Origin: Octopus sinensis
Taxonomy: Eukaryota
Length of the DNA stretch: 64,000 nucleotides
Assembly (NCBI RefSeq): GCF_006345805.1
Contig: NC_043000.1
Coordinates: forward strand, 130,014,001 to 130,078,000
Reading direction: 5' to 3'
Position numbers and translations under genes: made by a program. Positions 41,401 to 54,892 of the stretch are shown one piece after another; the first letter of the stretch is position 1, and each line of letters starts with the position of its first letter. The notes beneath the pieces are model-generated. The model had not been told where the DNA came from. It did no database searches and worked only from the letters and a program-made list of their open reading frames with translations.

Positions 41401-41924
41401 GGGTAAACATTTAAAAATGTAAGGAAAGGAGAGAGGGAGAAAGTAATGGTGAGGGCATGCTCTCAGTTATCAATGGGAAATGAAAGAGAAATGAGAACAG
41501 AAAAACAGAAAAGCTGTGTGGGTAATTCAGTGTGCAAGAATGTGACATGAGTGTTACAGATTATTAGAGATGGGGATTGAGTTTGACACAGTGAATATCG
41601 TGTTTGGTGAAGGAAAGTAGCTATTGATCAGGGAGCATGAAAAGAGGATAAGGGATAATAATAGTATGCATATAGTGTTAAGTGTAGACAAAAGGTATCA
41701 TTCAGAGCACATGAGTCAGTAGTAGTTCGGGTAAAAGATAACGGAAGAGTAAAAATTTAGGAAATTGAAAAATATCTATTGGAATAAGTAGAAAAGTATT
41801 ATACTATAGAAAATGTAATAGCATGTTTTGGTGCTAGCTAAAGTATAGATAAATGCAAATGAAATCCATGGCAATTGAAGCAATAGTAGAAATATACTGT
41901 AAAACTGGAGACCACAGCAAGAAT

Positions 41925-41961
41925 ATATATATATATATTCTTCTTTCATTATTTATATATA

Positions 41962-41999
<38 letters not shown>

Positions 42000-42055
42000 T
42001 AATATATATATATATATTATATATATATTATTATATATATATATTATATATATAT

Positions 42056-42086
<31 letters not shown>

Positions 42087-42222
42087 ATATATAGATATAT
42101 ATATTATATATATATATTATAGATATATCTTATTATATATATATAATATATATATATATATTATATATATATATTATATATATATTATATATATATATAT
42201 ATTATATATATATATATATATC

Positions 42223-42286
<64 letters not shown>

Positions 42287-42306
42287 ATTATATAATATAT
42301 ATTATA

Positions 42307-42347
<41 letters not shown>

Positions 42348-42480
42348 TATATATATTATATATTATATATATTATATATATATATATATATTATATATAT
42401 TATAATATATATATATATATTATTATAGATATAATATATATTATATATATATTATATATATATATTATATATATATATAT
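41925..42480. repeat. Long imperfect (TA)n
   Basis: Direct reading. Confidence 0.9.
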
Positions 42481-42759
42481 CAATGAGGTGCTAATTATCG
42501 ATTACCATTTATATCTTTTTCTTAGATCTGAGTGAACGTACGTACGTATGTAATATATGTAAATGAATACTAAAAAAATTGAAATATATAATAAAATACA
42601 CACTATAAAATTCTAAATTGAAATAAAGCATATTCTTATAAAAAATATAAGAATATTTGAAATATAAGAAGATGGACCAACCAAGCAGCTTTCATGTTCG
42701 AAGAATTGATATATACTTGGAAACATCAGTGAAGATCACATAACATACTGAGAGTTGGT

Positions 42760-42792
42760 ACTTACCTGAAATAGAAAGTAAGACATCGTTAG
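42760..42792 (-). promoter_or_regulatory. Branchpoint + polypyrimidine tract + CAG|GTAAGT (candidate recursive splice site)
   Basis: Minus: CTAAC gatgtcttactttctattt CAG|GTAAGT; junction between 42766 and 42765. Confidence 0.55.
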
Positions 42793-43009
42793 AAATACAA
42801 GCAGCTTCCAAAAATAAACATTTCACATTTTCAAGTTTTTAATGAAAAATAATAAAAGAAAAAAACTCTAAAGATGTGACGTTGAATTATCTTCATTTCG
42901 AGAATGTAATTTCACCAGAAAATTTTCAACAGAAATCGAAACCTAGTTGGAAATGCTTTTCTTTACTCTGTTGTGCTCATCCAAAATTCAATAGATATTG
43001 ATTTATAAT

Positions 43010-43205
43010 ATTGGTACGCGGTCACACATTTAGAGGGAAGAAAGAATCAATAATATCGACCATAGTATTTAACTGGTACTTATACTATTTACCAAGGAAA
43101 GATAAAAGATAAAGTCGAATCTGATGTCATTTGAATTCAGATATTTAAAACGCGTGAATAACCATCATAAACAGCCCTCTCCCGAATATTCTAATTCACC
43201 GCCCT
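43010..43205 (-). mobile_element. Very old SINE-B copy
   Basis: actggtacttat...aaagtcgaatc...atttgaattcag remnants. Confidence 0.5.
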
Positions 43206-44180
43206 AAGCTTTCAACAAGTATAACTGAAATAGTTATGAATTCTTATGTTTATAAGATTGGGAAAGTGGTTAAGTAGTGGCTTCCATACATTTCTAATGG
43301 TGATTGCAAATTAAAGTTGGAAGTGTATTTCAGGACCACTGCTGAGTTGTAAATTCAACTTGCTTCACATATCTTTTAACTCTTGTCTATTAAAACTGAT
43401 AAACAATAGTATTTTCATGCATAGATCACTTGTATATAAAAAAAACGTTGTAAATACTATAGACAAGCGTTTACAGCAACAAAAATAACAATAGTAACAT
43501 CAGGTATACTAGTATACTGATAGAATGAACAAACTAAATATATTTTGAAATAATTTGCTCGTAAAAATATCTTATTCAGGAAGATTCAAATGTCAAGAGA
43601 CATGGGTTCTTGAAATAAAATGTTATTCTAGTTATCTTCTCAATTATTAAGTAAACTTAAGTCAACACCAATAAGTTCAAGACTTAGAAGTAGAAAGCTG
43701 CAATTTTAAAGTGTTCAGATTTGTTCTTATACTTAGCTAGGAAAGAATTGTGTAGCTGACATGATTGATATTCAGCAGGAAGTACAGTGGGTTTACATAT
43801 ATGTAGCGATAACCACATATATCTCAAATTTCCTCAAATAACATCTTCTTTCAACCCTAGAATAAAACCCAATTTTTTAACTGAAATTTTCAAAAAGGGC
43901 TGAGGGAATAAACCGTTACAGAAAATCCATAGATGCAGATGTTGCAAACCCATCGACTCATCTTTCTTTCGTGCAGTATTCATAATCGGAGAGTGATAAG
44001 TCATACCTTGCGCTACACGCACATGCTTCAGGAAACAACAACTCAGACAATACAGTTTTTTGAGTTAGTCTTAGTCTCAGCAATACCGTCGACCACGACG
44101 GAAAAGGTCAACTATTATATGTACATATATATATATATATTAATATTAATAGTAGTCAGGAGAACGGAGATGTTCCACAT

Positions 44181-44579
44181 CTCTTTTACTCTTTTACGTG
44201 TTTCAGTCATTTGACTGCGGCCATGCTGGAGCACCGCCTTTAGTTGAGCAAATCGCTCCCAGGACTTATTCTTTGTAAGCCTAGTACTTATTCTATCGGT
44301 CTCTTTTGCCGAACCGCTAAGTTCCGGGGACGTAAACACATCACCATCGGTTGTCAAGCGATGTTGGGGACAAACACAAACACACACAAACCTACACACA
44401 CTTACATACATATATACGACGGGCTTCTTTCAGTTTCCGTCTACTAAATCCACTCACAAGGCTTTGGTCGGCCCGAGGTTATAGTAGTAAACTCTTGCCC
44501 AAGATGCCACGCAGTGGGAATGAATCCGGAGCCATGTGGTTCATAAGCAAGGTACTTACCACACAGCCACTCCTGCACC
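44181..44579 (-). mobile_element. SINE-A, full length
   Basis: Colinear with 40503-40932 and 63187-63582. Confidence 0.92.
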
Positions 44580-44831
44580 GCATCTAGCATATTATTAAGC
44601 AGTTATTTACAGCATTCTTTTACTGGACCCACGCACGTTTCAAGTACGTTGTTAGATGTGCATGCTGGTGTTAATGTCGGTGTAGTATCATCAGGATCAT
44701 TTCTTACTGCCATTCAAATTAAAGATGAAGCCAGCTTATGAAACTGATTTAAGTGCAAAGAAACGGTAACCGCTAGTATTACATATCCCTTTGAAATCAT
44801 TTTTGAAAATATCACTTTATATATATATTAT

Positions 44832-45138
44832 ATTGTTTTGTTTGTTCCTTCTCGAGCCACGCCTGGCTCATAGGGCCGGTTTTCCGGTTTTCGTCGCGTA
44901 TAGATTCCCCTCCTGGACGGGACGCCTGTCCGTCGCAAGTGAGGTGCAAGATGCAGGAGGTGAGAGTGAGAGAAAGTTGTCGCGAAAGAGTCAGTAGAGT
45001 TTCGCCATTGCCTTCTGCCGGAGCCGCCTGGAGCTTAGGTGTTTCTCTCATAAACACACGCATCGCCCGGTCTGAGATTCGAACACGCGATCCTTCGGTC
45101 GTGAGTCCGCTGCTCTAACCACGAGGCCATGTGCCTCC
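44832..45138 (-). mobile_element. SINE-D variant with a different 3' module
   Basis: Head ggaggcacatggcctcgtggttagagcagcggactc; shares 5' part with 39353, then diverges. Confidence 0.85.
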
Positions 45139-45825
45139 ACACACACACACACACACACACACACACCACACATATATATATATATATAACACAAATATAC
45201 ATATGTGTGTGTGTGTACACTACCAAGGACGAGAACAGCTACATTTATATTTATTGCATGTATTATATATATAAAAATCACCCGTATATAAATACTCTCT
45301 CTCTCTCTCACACACACTCACTCACATAGACACAGATGGATAGATAAGGTTGTTAGACAGACACTGGATGATTCAGGAGTATTTCGTAATGAATGGTAAA
45401 ACAGGAATTCTATTTTTGTAAATTTCTAATAGATTGCGTAAAAGATCTTCGCCTGATTTGAAACGAATTAATATCTTTTTAGATATTAAGCATAAGAGAA
45501 ACACGTATTAAATATCAATAAAAATTATATAAATAATTTACCACAAGAAAAAGTTGTTATCAGTTAAAGGGAAGTTGTTTGCGTGTGTATGAGTCACAAT
45601 ATATAAATACAAATACATACACACTCTTACGTATATATGTATACAGAGACATATACGCACATATGTATATATATATATATATATATCTTACACCTACACA
45701 TATATAAATACATATACATATATACATGCATATATATACATATAATACATTACACATGTATATACTATATATATATATATATATATACATACATATATAC
45801 ATACCCTGGTACCTATATATATATA

Positions 45826-45857
<32 letters not shown>

Positions 45858-46179
45858 CCATGTATATATATATATATATATCCATGTATATAATATATAT
45901 ATATTATATATATATATAATATGCATGTACATATATATTATATATTGGAATTTAGAAAAAATAACACAAAGGACGAAAATGGGGGTGTAAACAACAAACA
46001 GATGTATGTGGAAGTGGAATGTGTGGGATGGGATGGGGTGGAATGGGATGCATCGAGATGGTGTGATGGGAATGTGTAGGGGTGGGGTTACGATGGAGGG
46101 GTGATGACGTTCATGCTTTGTGAGAATATATCTAAGACCAACAAATTACATTTTGTGTACTTTTCTACAAAATGTTCCC

Positions 46180-47700
46180 TTGGAGACGTAACACTATCAT
46201 TTTAGATCATACCATACTCTTCTCTCACTTTTTTCTCTGTACATACACACGTACATATATATATATATATAAATATATATATAATATACCCATGATGTTT
46301 TTCTTTGAGCAAGATGCCAAATCTCTCCATGCTAAACCACGCAGTGTATTACTGGTACTAAGATTTTCTATCACAGAAGAAAGAATAATAAATTCAACCT
46401 TCGTTTTATTTGTGTTCAGTACAAATACCATAAACAATCTAGGCTTAGGTTCCATCCTTGAAGCTAATAATAATTTTATGGTCAGACACAAAAATAACCA
46501 CATGAACAATACTAAAATCAACACCAATATGGCAGAGATGGTAGATACCTTCACACACAAATAGAACTATTTGATTTTAACTTTATTTGCCAAGTCCTTT
46601 GCAGTGTTAGGAACTGAATATTTTCATGTTTCCAATTGTCTGTAAACACCGTGCAAGTTTCGCCTATCTCAGATGGAACCACCTTTTACTAAAAAAAATA
46701 TTTATCGTGTCTTCTATAAACAAACAGAGCGGTCTTTCTATCTTGGGAATGTGATCTGACACGTTAACATTTATTCGGTTTTACTTAACACGATAGAAGG
46801 AAACCATTTTATCAGCATCTTATTAAATAGCTTCTTAAAGTGTAAGTCGAATACAAGCAGTTCGGTTGGAAACGAGGCTAAGCTATATCGGAGGTGTTGC
46901 TTTTAGCTCTATCTCTCCTCTGATTTAGCAGGTCCAAGTTCAAATACTTTCCTGCACTGACTATCCTGTTTTAAGTCTTTCCAATATTCATCAGAGCACA
47001 TTATCCAATATACTTCCTATATTTATTAGGGTAGGGTATAATCTGAGTATAGTTTGCTTTTATTTGTAGTTGATCGAGTGAAAACGTAACATTTCCCTCG
47101 TGGTTAAAAATTATTTTTATTGTGACTTAAAGGGAATATGGATCATTTCAATTCATTGTTTATTCTACAGTCGGATAACTATTAAAACAGACCATCTTAA
47201 TGGCAGAAATCAACTCAGTTATGTTCCTCTGTCCAATATATGGGAACTTATATTTAACCAACTCTTTGATATATCGAAGAATCAACTGCTCATTCCTTTT
47301 ACTTTATTTTTTTTTTTACATCGATGCTTCGGAGTATGACTAGCCTGCAATGTTCCAATGTCTCCACAGAGCTTTCAAATTCTATGATTGGGAGAAACGA
47401 TTCGCTGGGGTATGCACCATGAATATTCTGCAATTAAAGAGTGCTGTTGTACATTGGTGAGTGCAACATTTAACCCTGTAGGGAGTTGAGGAATTCCGAT
47501 CAACTCTCTTTAGAAGTTTTGTCTACAAAAGGTTTAAACAATCTCAATTGAGTATTGTATTACATATGTAGGACTGTATTGCAATGAATATTTTATACAG
47601 AACGATTCCTCAGGTATTTTGTTTCAGCCATATTATCGATAAACTTCTAAGAGTTTGGCGTTTCTAGCATGTGTAGTCTATTTAGGTCATTTCTTTTTAA
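46180..47700 (-). mobile_element. Decayed CR1-like LINE RT region
   Basis: VFDLHFKKLFNKML (cf. LDFSKAFDKV); PLCLFIEDTINIF (cf. LFADDTKI); LVPVIHCV..GEIW (cf. LVRPHLEY..QIW). Confidence 0.5.
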
Positions 47701-48369
47701 CTTCTTTGTTTTGTGGATGCAGGGAAACAATTACTCAAGAAGAGTGGTGGTTTTGCTTGCCAATATATGGGTTAAAATAAATTAACCGATTACTCAGAAA
47801 GGAACAACTGTTTCGCAAGAAGCCATGTCACAACTAAAGACTGGCATTCAGAACAATTAATTGACGATTATTGCCAAAAAATAGCACAAACGAATTCAAA
47901 GACACTATACTCGATGAAATATCAGTTCTAATAATAAATTAAGTGATGCAATTAAAATATTCGCCAACACTTCGCATCAAAAATGCAGGCAGATTCGAAG
48001 AGATAAGATATATTTTATTAAAGGATCTTAAGCAGATGACAGTCTCAAATTACGCAAAATAAACAGCGGTCTGCTAATACTACTGGGAAGTCTACACTCC
48101 AACAAATTTACGTTTATTCGTTATGCTAGGTATGTGATAACTGAAGAATAATAGTAAATATTAGAACACACGCTTGAATTATTGCCTAAATGAACGACTG
48201 ACTAAATAACTAAGAAATCATACCAGTTCTTGCACAAGTAATCCCATTGAAAAAGATAGCTGCCTACGTCAGCGAATTAACTTTACAAAAAACGAATGAA
48301 TATATATAAACGAAATACACTCAATCCGTTATTGACAAAAATTAGTTCAAGGAATAACTTTTCATCTAG

Positions 48370-48448
48370 GTTAAAGGATTACATTCATAAACATCTCAGC
48401 ATAAAGATAACTAAGAACTCAGGAACGGTTTGGATTTCAAGCTTCATC
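48370..48448 (+). CDS. Candidate 79-nt exon
   Basis: aacttttcatctag|G TTA...ATC|gtaagt; RLKDYIHKHLSIKITKNSGTVWISSFI; end phase 0 is compatible with the 56295 candidate. Confidence 0.2.
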
Positions 48449-48495
48449 GTAAGTCTTGGCTCACGCTCTCTCTCTCTCTCTTACTCTCTGTATAT

Positions 48496-48539
<44 letters not shown>

Positions 48540-49054
48540 TTCTCTCTCTGTCATTCATGCTTTATGCTTGTTAAATTAATGACTCACTAATCAGTTTTAT
48601 GAATGGATAAACCTAAACTCATTCATAATGAAACCAACCTGATTTGCTTTGCAAACATTTGTAAAATTAATCAAAATGTACGCAGAAGTAGAAATGATAT
48701 GGAAAGAACTGAGATTAGAAATCATCAAATGTTAATATTAAGAGGCTGTTTATATCTTATATGAAATATTCCATTCATCAGGTATTTACTCTCTTCATCC
48801 CTTACTGAAAAATGAGAATATTTTGTTGATGATTCGTCATAAATCGTGTTAAATCAATTCACTTTGTTTATGATCAATGTCAGAGCAGACGGTTACCATC
48901 TCTCCTTTGTGTATATCTAGAACTACATAGTCCAATGTATTCTTAAAATATTCTACTTCCTTTGAGATCGCATAGTGTGATATGAAGGAATACGACTGGT
49001 ATTTCTTGAGTGACCACAAAGGCGCTTCGTACTTGGTTTTATTATATGCTATGT

Positions 49055-49460
49055 TGTTATTGTGGTTTAGATCCAAGTTGTACCCAATCCAATAAAGTAG
49101 GATCAAATGCGTTCTACCAATAACCAAACACCTTTTATTGAGTCTCCTGGCATTTTATAGACCATGTGACATTTCTAGGACAGTAGAATGCTGTGAAGTA
49201 AAGATGAGGTTGCTATTTCTAGGAAAATGAGAACCACGTTTAGGTTCCTCCTCTATGCTGTTATTGACGTTTAGACCCAAGTTGTCCCCAATCCAATATT
49301 GTAGGATCCAATACGTTCCAGCAATAGACAAACGCCCTTTATTGAGTCTCCTGGAATTTTAAAACCATGTGACATATCGAGGACAGTAGAATGCAGTGTG
49401 GCAAAGATGAGGTTACTATTTCTAGCAAACTGATAACCACGTTTAGGCTCCTCCTTTGGA
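49055..49460. repeat. Diverged tandem duplication, about 204-bp unit x2
   Basis: Units start at 49055 and 49259; shared blocks ccaagttg, tttattgagtctcctgg, ggacagtagaatgc, aaagatgaggtt, accacgtttagg. Confidence 0.9.
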
Positions 49461-49539
49461 TAGATCATCACTATGAGTGTCACGTGGCGTCGTGAAACCA
49501 CTGCGCTTGTGTTTTCTCGTCGATAATACATTTGGCTAG

Positions 49540-49771
49540 GCGGCAAGCTGGCAGAAACGTTAGCACGCCGGGCGAAATGCTTGGCAGTATTTTGTCTGCC
49601 GCTACGTTCTGAGTTCAAATTCCGCCGAGGTCGACTTTGCCTTTCATTCTTTCGGGGTCGATTAAATAAGTACTAGGTACGCACTGGGGTTGATATAATC
49701 GACTTAATCCGTTTGTCTGTCCTTGTTTGTCCTCTCTGTGATTAGCCCCGTGTGGGTAGTAAAGAAATAGG
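49540..49771 (+). mobile_element. SINE-B, full length, with TSD
   Basis: 16-bp TSD taata(c/t)atttggctag at 49524-49539 and 49772-49787. Confidence 0.92.
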
Positions 49772-52700
49772 TAATATATTTGGCTAGTAAAGTTTCAATT
49801 AAAAAAGTTAAGCGAACCACCTTCTTTATATTTGAGACTAGTTGTGAACTCGGAACTCAGGAAGTTTATATCTTGTAAGAAATGTTGTTGCTACTATCCA
49901 AATACATATTTCTTCAATGGATACAGTATCACACGATCATATTAGAGTACATGTGAAGTTAAAAAGTCTAGAGAGAGATAAGCAGAATGAAATATTCCTA
50001 ACGGTAATCACATCCGATTGAAAACCAGAACTAACTGGGTACTTATATAAATTCTGTGTCGATCTCTCTAATTCCCAAATCCTGTTTACTTTCGAATAAA
50101 CATAAGACTAATATGTATTAGTAAAGTGGGCAAAATTGGCGGATGAAAAACCACTCTATTACGAGAAGACATTTCATTCAGCTTGATAGGATGAACTTCA
50201 AATTTAATCCTGATAGGATTGAAAGCAAGAACGACAAATGTAATAAATTATATGTGCATTCTTCGATTCATGAAAGAAGAAAAGTGTGTCTGTCAAGACG
50301 TTGATGCAGATGTATCTTGTAGGCCAACTCAATACTTGAGATATAATATACAAACAAGATAAAATATAAAAACAAGAAACCTTAACTAGATGTAAATACT
50401 TTTGACATTTTATCAAATATTTAAAAGTAAGAATTTTTATGATGTTTCTTGCTGACTGTGAATGTGTGCGTGATTTTATTGAATTATAATTTAGCAATGT
50501 GAAAGCAAATTAGAGACGCTTTGCTTTATTCATATTTCCTTTTCACCAAACAATATACGTAATTGTTATGAATTACCACAAGGATATAGTTTAATAAATG
50601 CAATTTATTTCAAAAGGTACGCTTATATATATATATATATATCTTTATAACTGCAAAGGAATTTATAAATCTCACAACATAATATATTAATTTGATTGTT
50701 AGTGTATACGTTGTAACTAAATATCGTATTACCCATAAAAGTGTGATACTACGCTGCTGGTTTATCATTCAGCATATCCTTACGACGAGGAGCAATTACA
50801 ATTATCTGTTTGAAACAATGCATAACACAACTAGATGAGAAAATATGTATGCATAATACATCTATACAATAAAAAAATTTCTCATAAAAAACAGACGTTA
50901 AATGACGAAGGCAATGTACGTAACACCGCGATACCAAAGTAGACACACAGACAATATATACTAGGAACAATAAAAGTAAACGTCTGCTAAAAGTAATACA
51001 GTATTTACTCTTGTATGAATCGCATTCGTGTATAAGTGGAATCTCTAATTTAGAGTCAACCCTTGGTATATATTGTTTCACGTTCAAACTTGATTCCTGT
51101 ACAAGTGACATCCTACATTTTTTTTTTTTTACTTAAAATTCAATTATAAAATGTTGTTACATATATACATGTAAATACGGCATATTCTAACGACCAAAAC
51201 AAAGTTCGAATTAAAATTTAAACGGACACATTGGACCTGTCTGTCATAAAGAACAACATATGTTCACATTCCAAAGGTGGTTTATACTGAGAATATAATA
51301 TGCGTATCTCTGAGGACGGATTCTGGAACTTTACTGCTATAAACAAACTCCGAGCAATTCATAAAAAAATACAAGCCTTTAGTAAATGAATATAAAAAAC
51401 TGGAAAACAGTTGTATTTTCATTACACACACATTCATACATACACACACACACATTGATGTTTGTTATTATTATACTTACGCATAAAAAACAGTCAGTCA
51501 TTAAAGTGAATGATTACTCTATAACTTGCAGTAAAAGAACATATTTTATTTTTGCAAGGAAAATGTTGATGGGTGGGTTATACAGAATGTTTCCCTACGT
51601 AGCTTTCATCAATCCATATAAAGGCTACATAGCTGAAACTTCGAAGTTACTAGCAACGTTTGTATAAAAACTATACACAAATACACATATGTGAGTTTTT
51701 GCGCGCGCGCGCGTGTGTGTGCATGCGTGTGTATGTGTACTTGTATGTGTGTGGTACTAGAGATTTTTACACAACACATATTATATGACCTTGCATAAAT
51801 TTACACCCCTTAACTTCAGTTTTCAAGCCTTTTTCCTGGAGAAACTTTAAACCGATGCGAACGCATCTCGGTCCCTCTTTATATATATAAAAAAAAACAA
51901 AAAAAGAGACGAGATTGCCTCGGCATGTTTCATATTTTTCCATATATAAGAGAGGACTACTATATTCTACTTTTGCTGATTTTCTGGAAGGACTATTGTG
52001 CACTCCCAATGAATCACTGGAATCAGCGGAATCCGTTTCCATGCTCCATACCAAGCTCTTTGATGTTGAGAGAAAGATTATTAAATCACAAATTATATTT
52101 TGGTATCTGTTCATATTTTAAATGTCTCTCCCATCTCCTCTATTTCATATCTTTAAATAAATTAAAATTATTTTTGTAATTAACTGAAAACCATACAATT
52201 TCTGTATGTGCGCGTGCCTGTGTATGCAAGTTTGTATATGTATAGATGTATACATATCCATATTTTTGTATATGTATATACATGTATATGAACTCTTCTG
52301 TGTGTTTTTGCGCGATTCTGGATAAACAGATAGTTATAAATAGACATAATCCCATACTCAGATATCTAGATATTGATGAATATTTACACATTGATGTAAT
52401 TCGTAATAAACAGATTGGATCATCTGTTTGTTTTAGCTGTGATGTCTAAGAAAAAAAATTGCAAATCATCTAATCATACACACTCATACGCGCTCACAAT
52501 ATGTGTGTATCAGAGCGTGAGTGCGTGTATGTCTATGTTATGCACTAGATATCACTATCTCGACAAAACAGAGAATTCAATATATTTGTTGAGAAACGAT
52601 TTTATAGTGGTTGCTGGCAGTCCAGTGCGTATCTCTCTTTCACCCACACACATCTCATCATCATCATCATGATGGTCGTCATCATCACCATCATATAACA

Positions 52701-53152
52701 TCGTCGTCATTATCATTTATTCCACTCTCTGTGTGTTATCCTATGTTCGCAAAGACGTTACTCTAATAGTATATAATCCATACCGATAATGGAAACATAT
52801 AACCATAAAAAACAAGCACAATAAAAATAAATATCACTCGCATTCCACTTATATTTTACGGTAAGGTCTTTTTTCATTTTATCTCTTCCTCAATTCAGAT
52901 TGTTAGTTTTCCTTTATCCAATTCCTCGTATGCGCCCACGCTGTCACACTGTGTACGTACGCTCGCATAGACACACACAAACACACACACATATACTTAA
53001 GCGTATAAATCGAAATATATTCTTTCACATGAAAAATTATACACGCAGGAATAATATATTTATATATGCGTATACCAACATATCAATACGTGTATATATA
53101 TGTGTATGCATGTGTATATATGTGTATATATACGTATATATAATATATTATA

Positions 53153-53197
<45 letters not shown>

Positions 53198-53809
53198 TGT
53201 CATATATGCATATTATGTATGCATATGTGTATATATATATTATATATATATATTATACATACTTGTATATATATAATTTGCATGTGTCTGTATAATATAT
53301 GAATACATTTTAAAAATGGTATTTCTACCAAATTTTAAAGGAGCGCCCCTACCATATAAATCTATAAATATGATTAAAAAAAACCGAATAACATAAATAG
53401 GCAAGGTAAAAAGCATTAAATCTATAAATACCCGTATCTCTTTTTTTCTTATTATTAATCGTTATTTCACTTGCGTTGTTGGGGAAATGGAGGATGGCAC
53501 TTAACTATATAAAAAGCCGGAAATCGTGTCACAGTAGATATTTTTGAATCATTGGGCGCATACTTGCTTCATTCAACATCATTACTGTCAGTGTATTTAG
53601 TTTGATAACTACAGTCCTGCTGGAATATTTGCGCAGATGCTGAAGCGTTGTCTTATAAAAATAAAAAAAACTGCATGTAATTTGAAGTATGTACAAGAAA
53701 ATTGTTCTGGTAATGAATTCACAATTAGTTGAAACGTTTAATTATCAGCAGTTCCCCAGCTGTCAGTGATTCTAAGTTTAATGCTTCTTATACGTGCATG
53801 TGCGCGCGT

Positions 53810-54047
53810 GCGCGTGTGTGTGTGTGTGTGGTGTGTGTGTGTGTGTGTGGTGTGTGTGTGTGTGTTATGTGTGTGTGTGCTGTGTGTGTGTGGTGTGTGG
53901 TTGTGTGTGTGTGTGTTGTTGTGGTGTGTGTGTGTGTGTGGTGGTGGTGTGTGGTGTGTGGTGTGTGTGTTGTGTGGTGTGTGTGGTGTGTGTGTGGGTG
54001 TCGTGTGTGTGTGTGTGGTGTGCGTGTGTGTGTGTGGTGTGTGTGGG

Positions 54048-54078
<31 letters not shown>

Positions 54079-54119
54079 TGTGTGTGTGTGTGGGTGTGTG
54101 GTGTGTGTGTGTGTGTGGT

Positions 54120-54202
<83 letters not shown>
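53810..54202. repeat. About 390-bp imperfect (GT)n
   Basis: Direct reading. Confidence 0.95.
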
Positions 54203-54205
<3 letters not shown>

Positions 54206-54469
54206 ACATTACTAGGCCGTTACCTACAATCGTGTATTTTATAGCTGTATGCTGACTAGCGAGCGCACATTGTTGTACAGAGAAGGAATCCAGCCGAAAA
54301 CTGTTTGTACGAGAGCACAATTTTTAAATACCTGTGGTTGCCTCAAACGAAGCCTTTAGATAGATGCATGCTGATATGTAACAACAACAACAACAATAAT
54401 AATAATAATAATAATAATAGCCGAGTTAAAAAGCATTAAATCTATAAATACCCGTCTCTTTTTTTTAGA

Positions 54470-54840
54470 AATATAAAGACTTGCTAATAGAAATTGAATT
54501 GAAAAAAATGTGGCATCTCAAGGCGACTACAGTACCAGTTATTGTAGGATCTCTAGGAATGATAACAAAAGGTACTGAAACCTATTTGAAAATGATACCA
54601 GGCTTACCATCCTACAGGAAGTGCAAAAAATTGTGTTAACTGGAACGACTCATGTACTGCATTATGGCTATGAAAACAACATCCATTCATGAATTTATTT
54701 ATTTATTAATTTTTTTAGATACATAATTTACCTCTGAATTTGCGTGTGTAATCTGGGAATACATACAATGAGCTTCTCTGCCTTAGGTGTACGGAAAACA
54801 CTCGGCGAGAAACGGAAGAAATTTGAAGAAAGACGGAAAT
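54470..54840 (+). mobile_element. 5'-truncated R4/Dong LINE 3' end with (TAA)n tail
   Basis: KYKDLLIEIE..MWHLKATTVPVIVGSLGMITKG...EVQKIVLTGTTHVL (restriction-like endonuclease C-terminus), followed by UTR and (TAA)n. Confidence 0.85.
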
Positions 54841-54852
54841 AATAACAATAAC

Positions 54853-54891
<39 letters not shown>

Positions 54892-54892
54892 T

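Noticed and set aside
49055-49460. CRISPR-like or prokaryotic repeat-spacer interpretation of any repeat in the window
   Set aside because: No short identical repeats with unique regular spacers and no cas or other prokaryotic genes; context is animal nuclear DNA.
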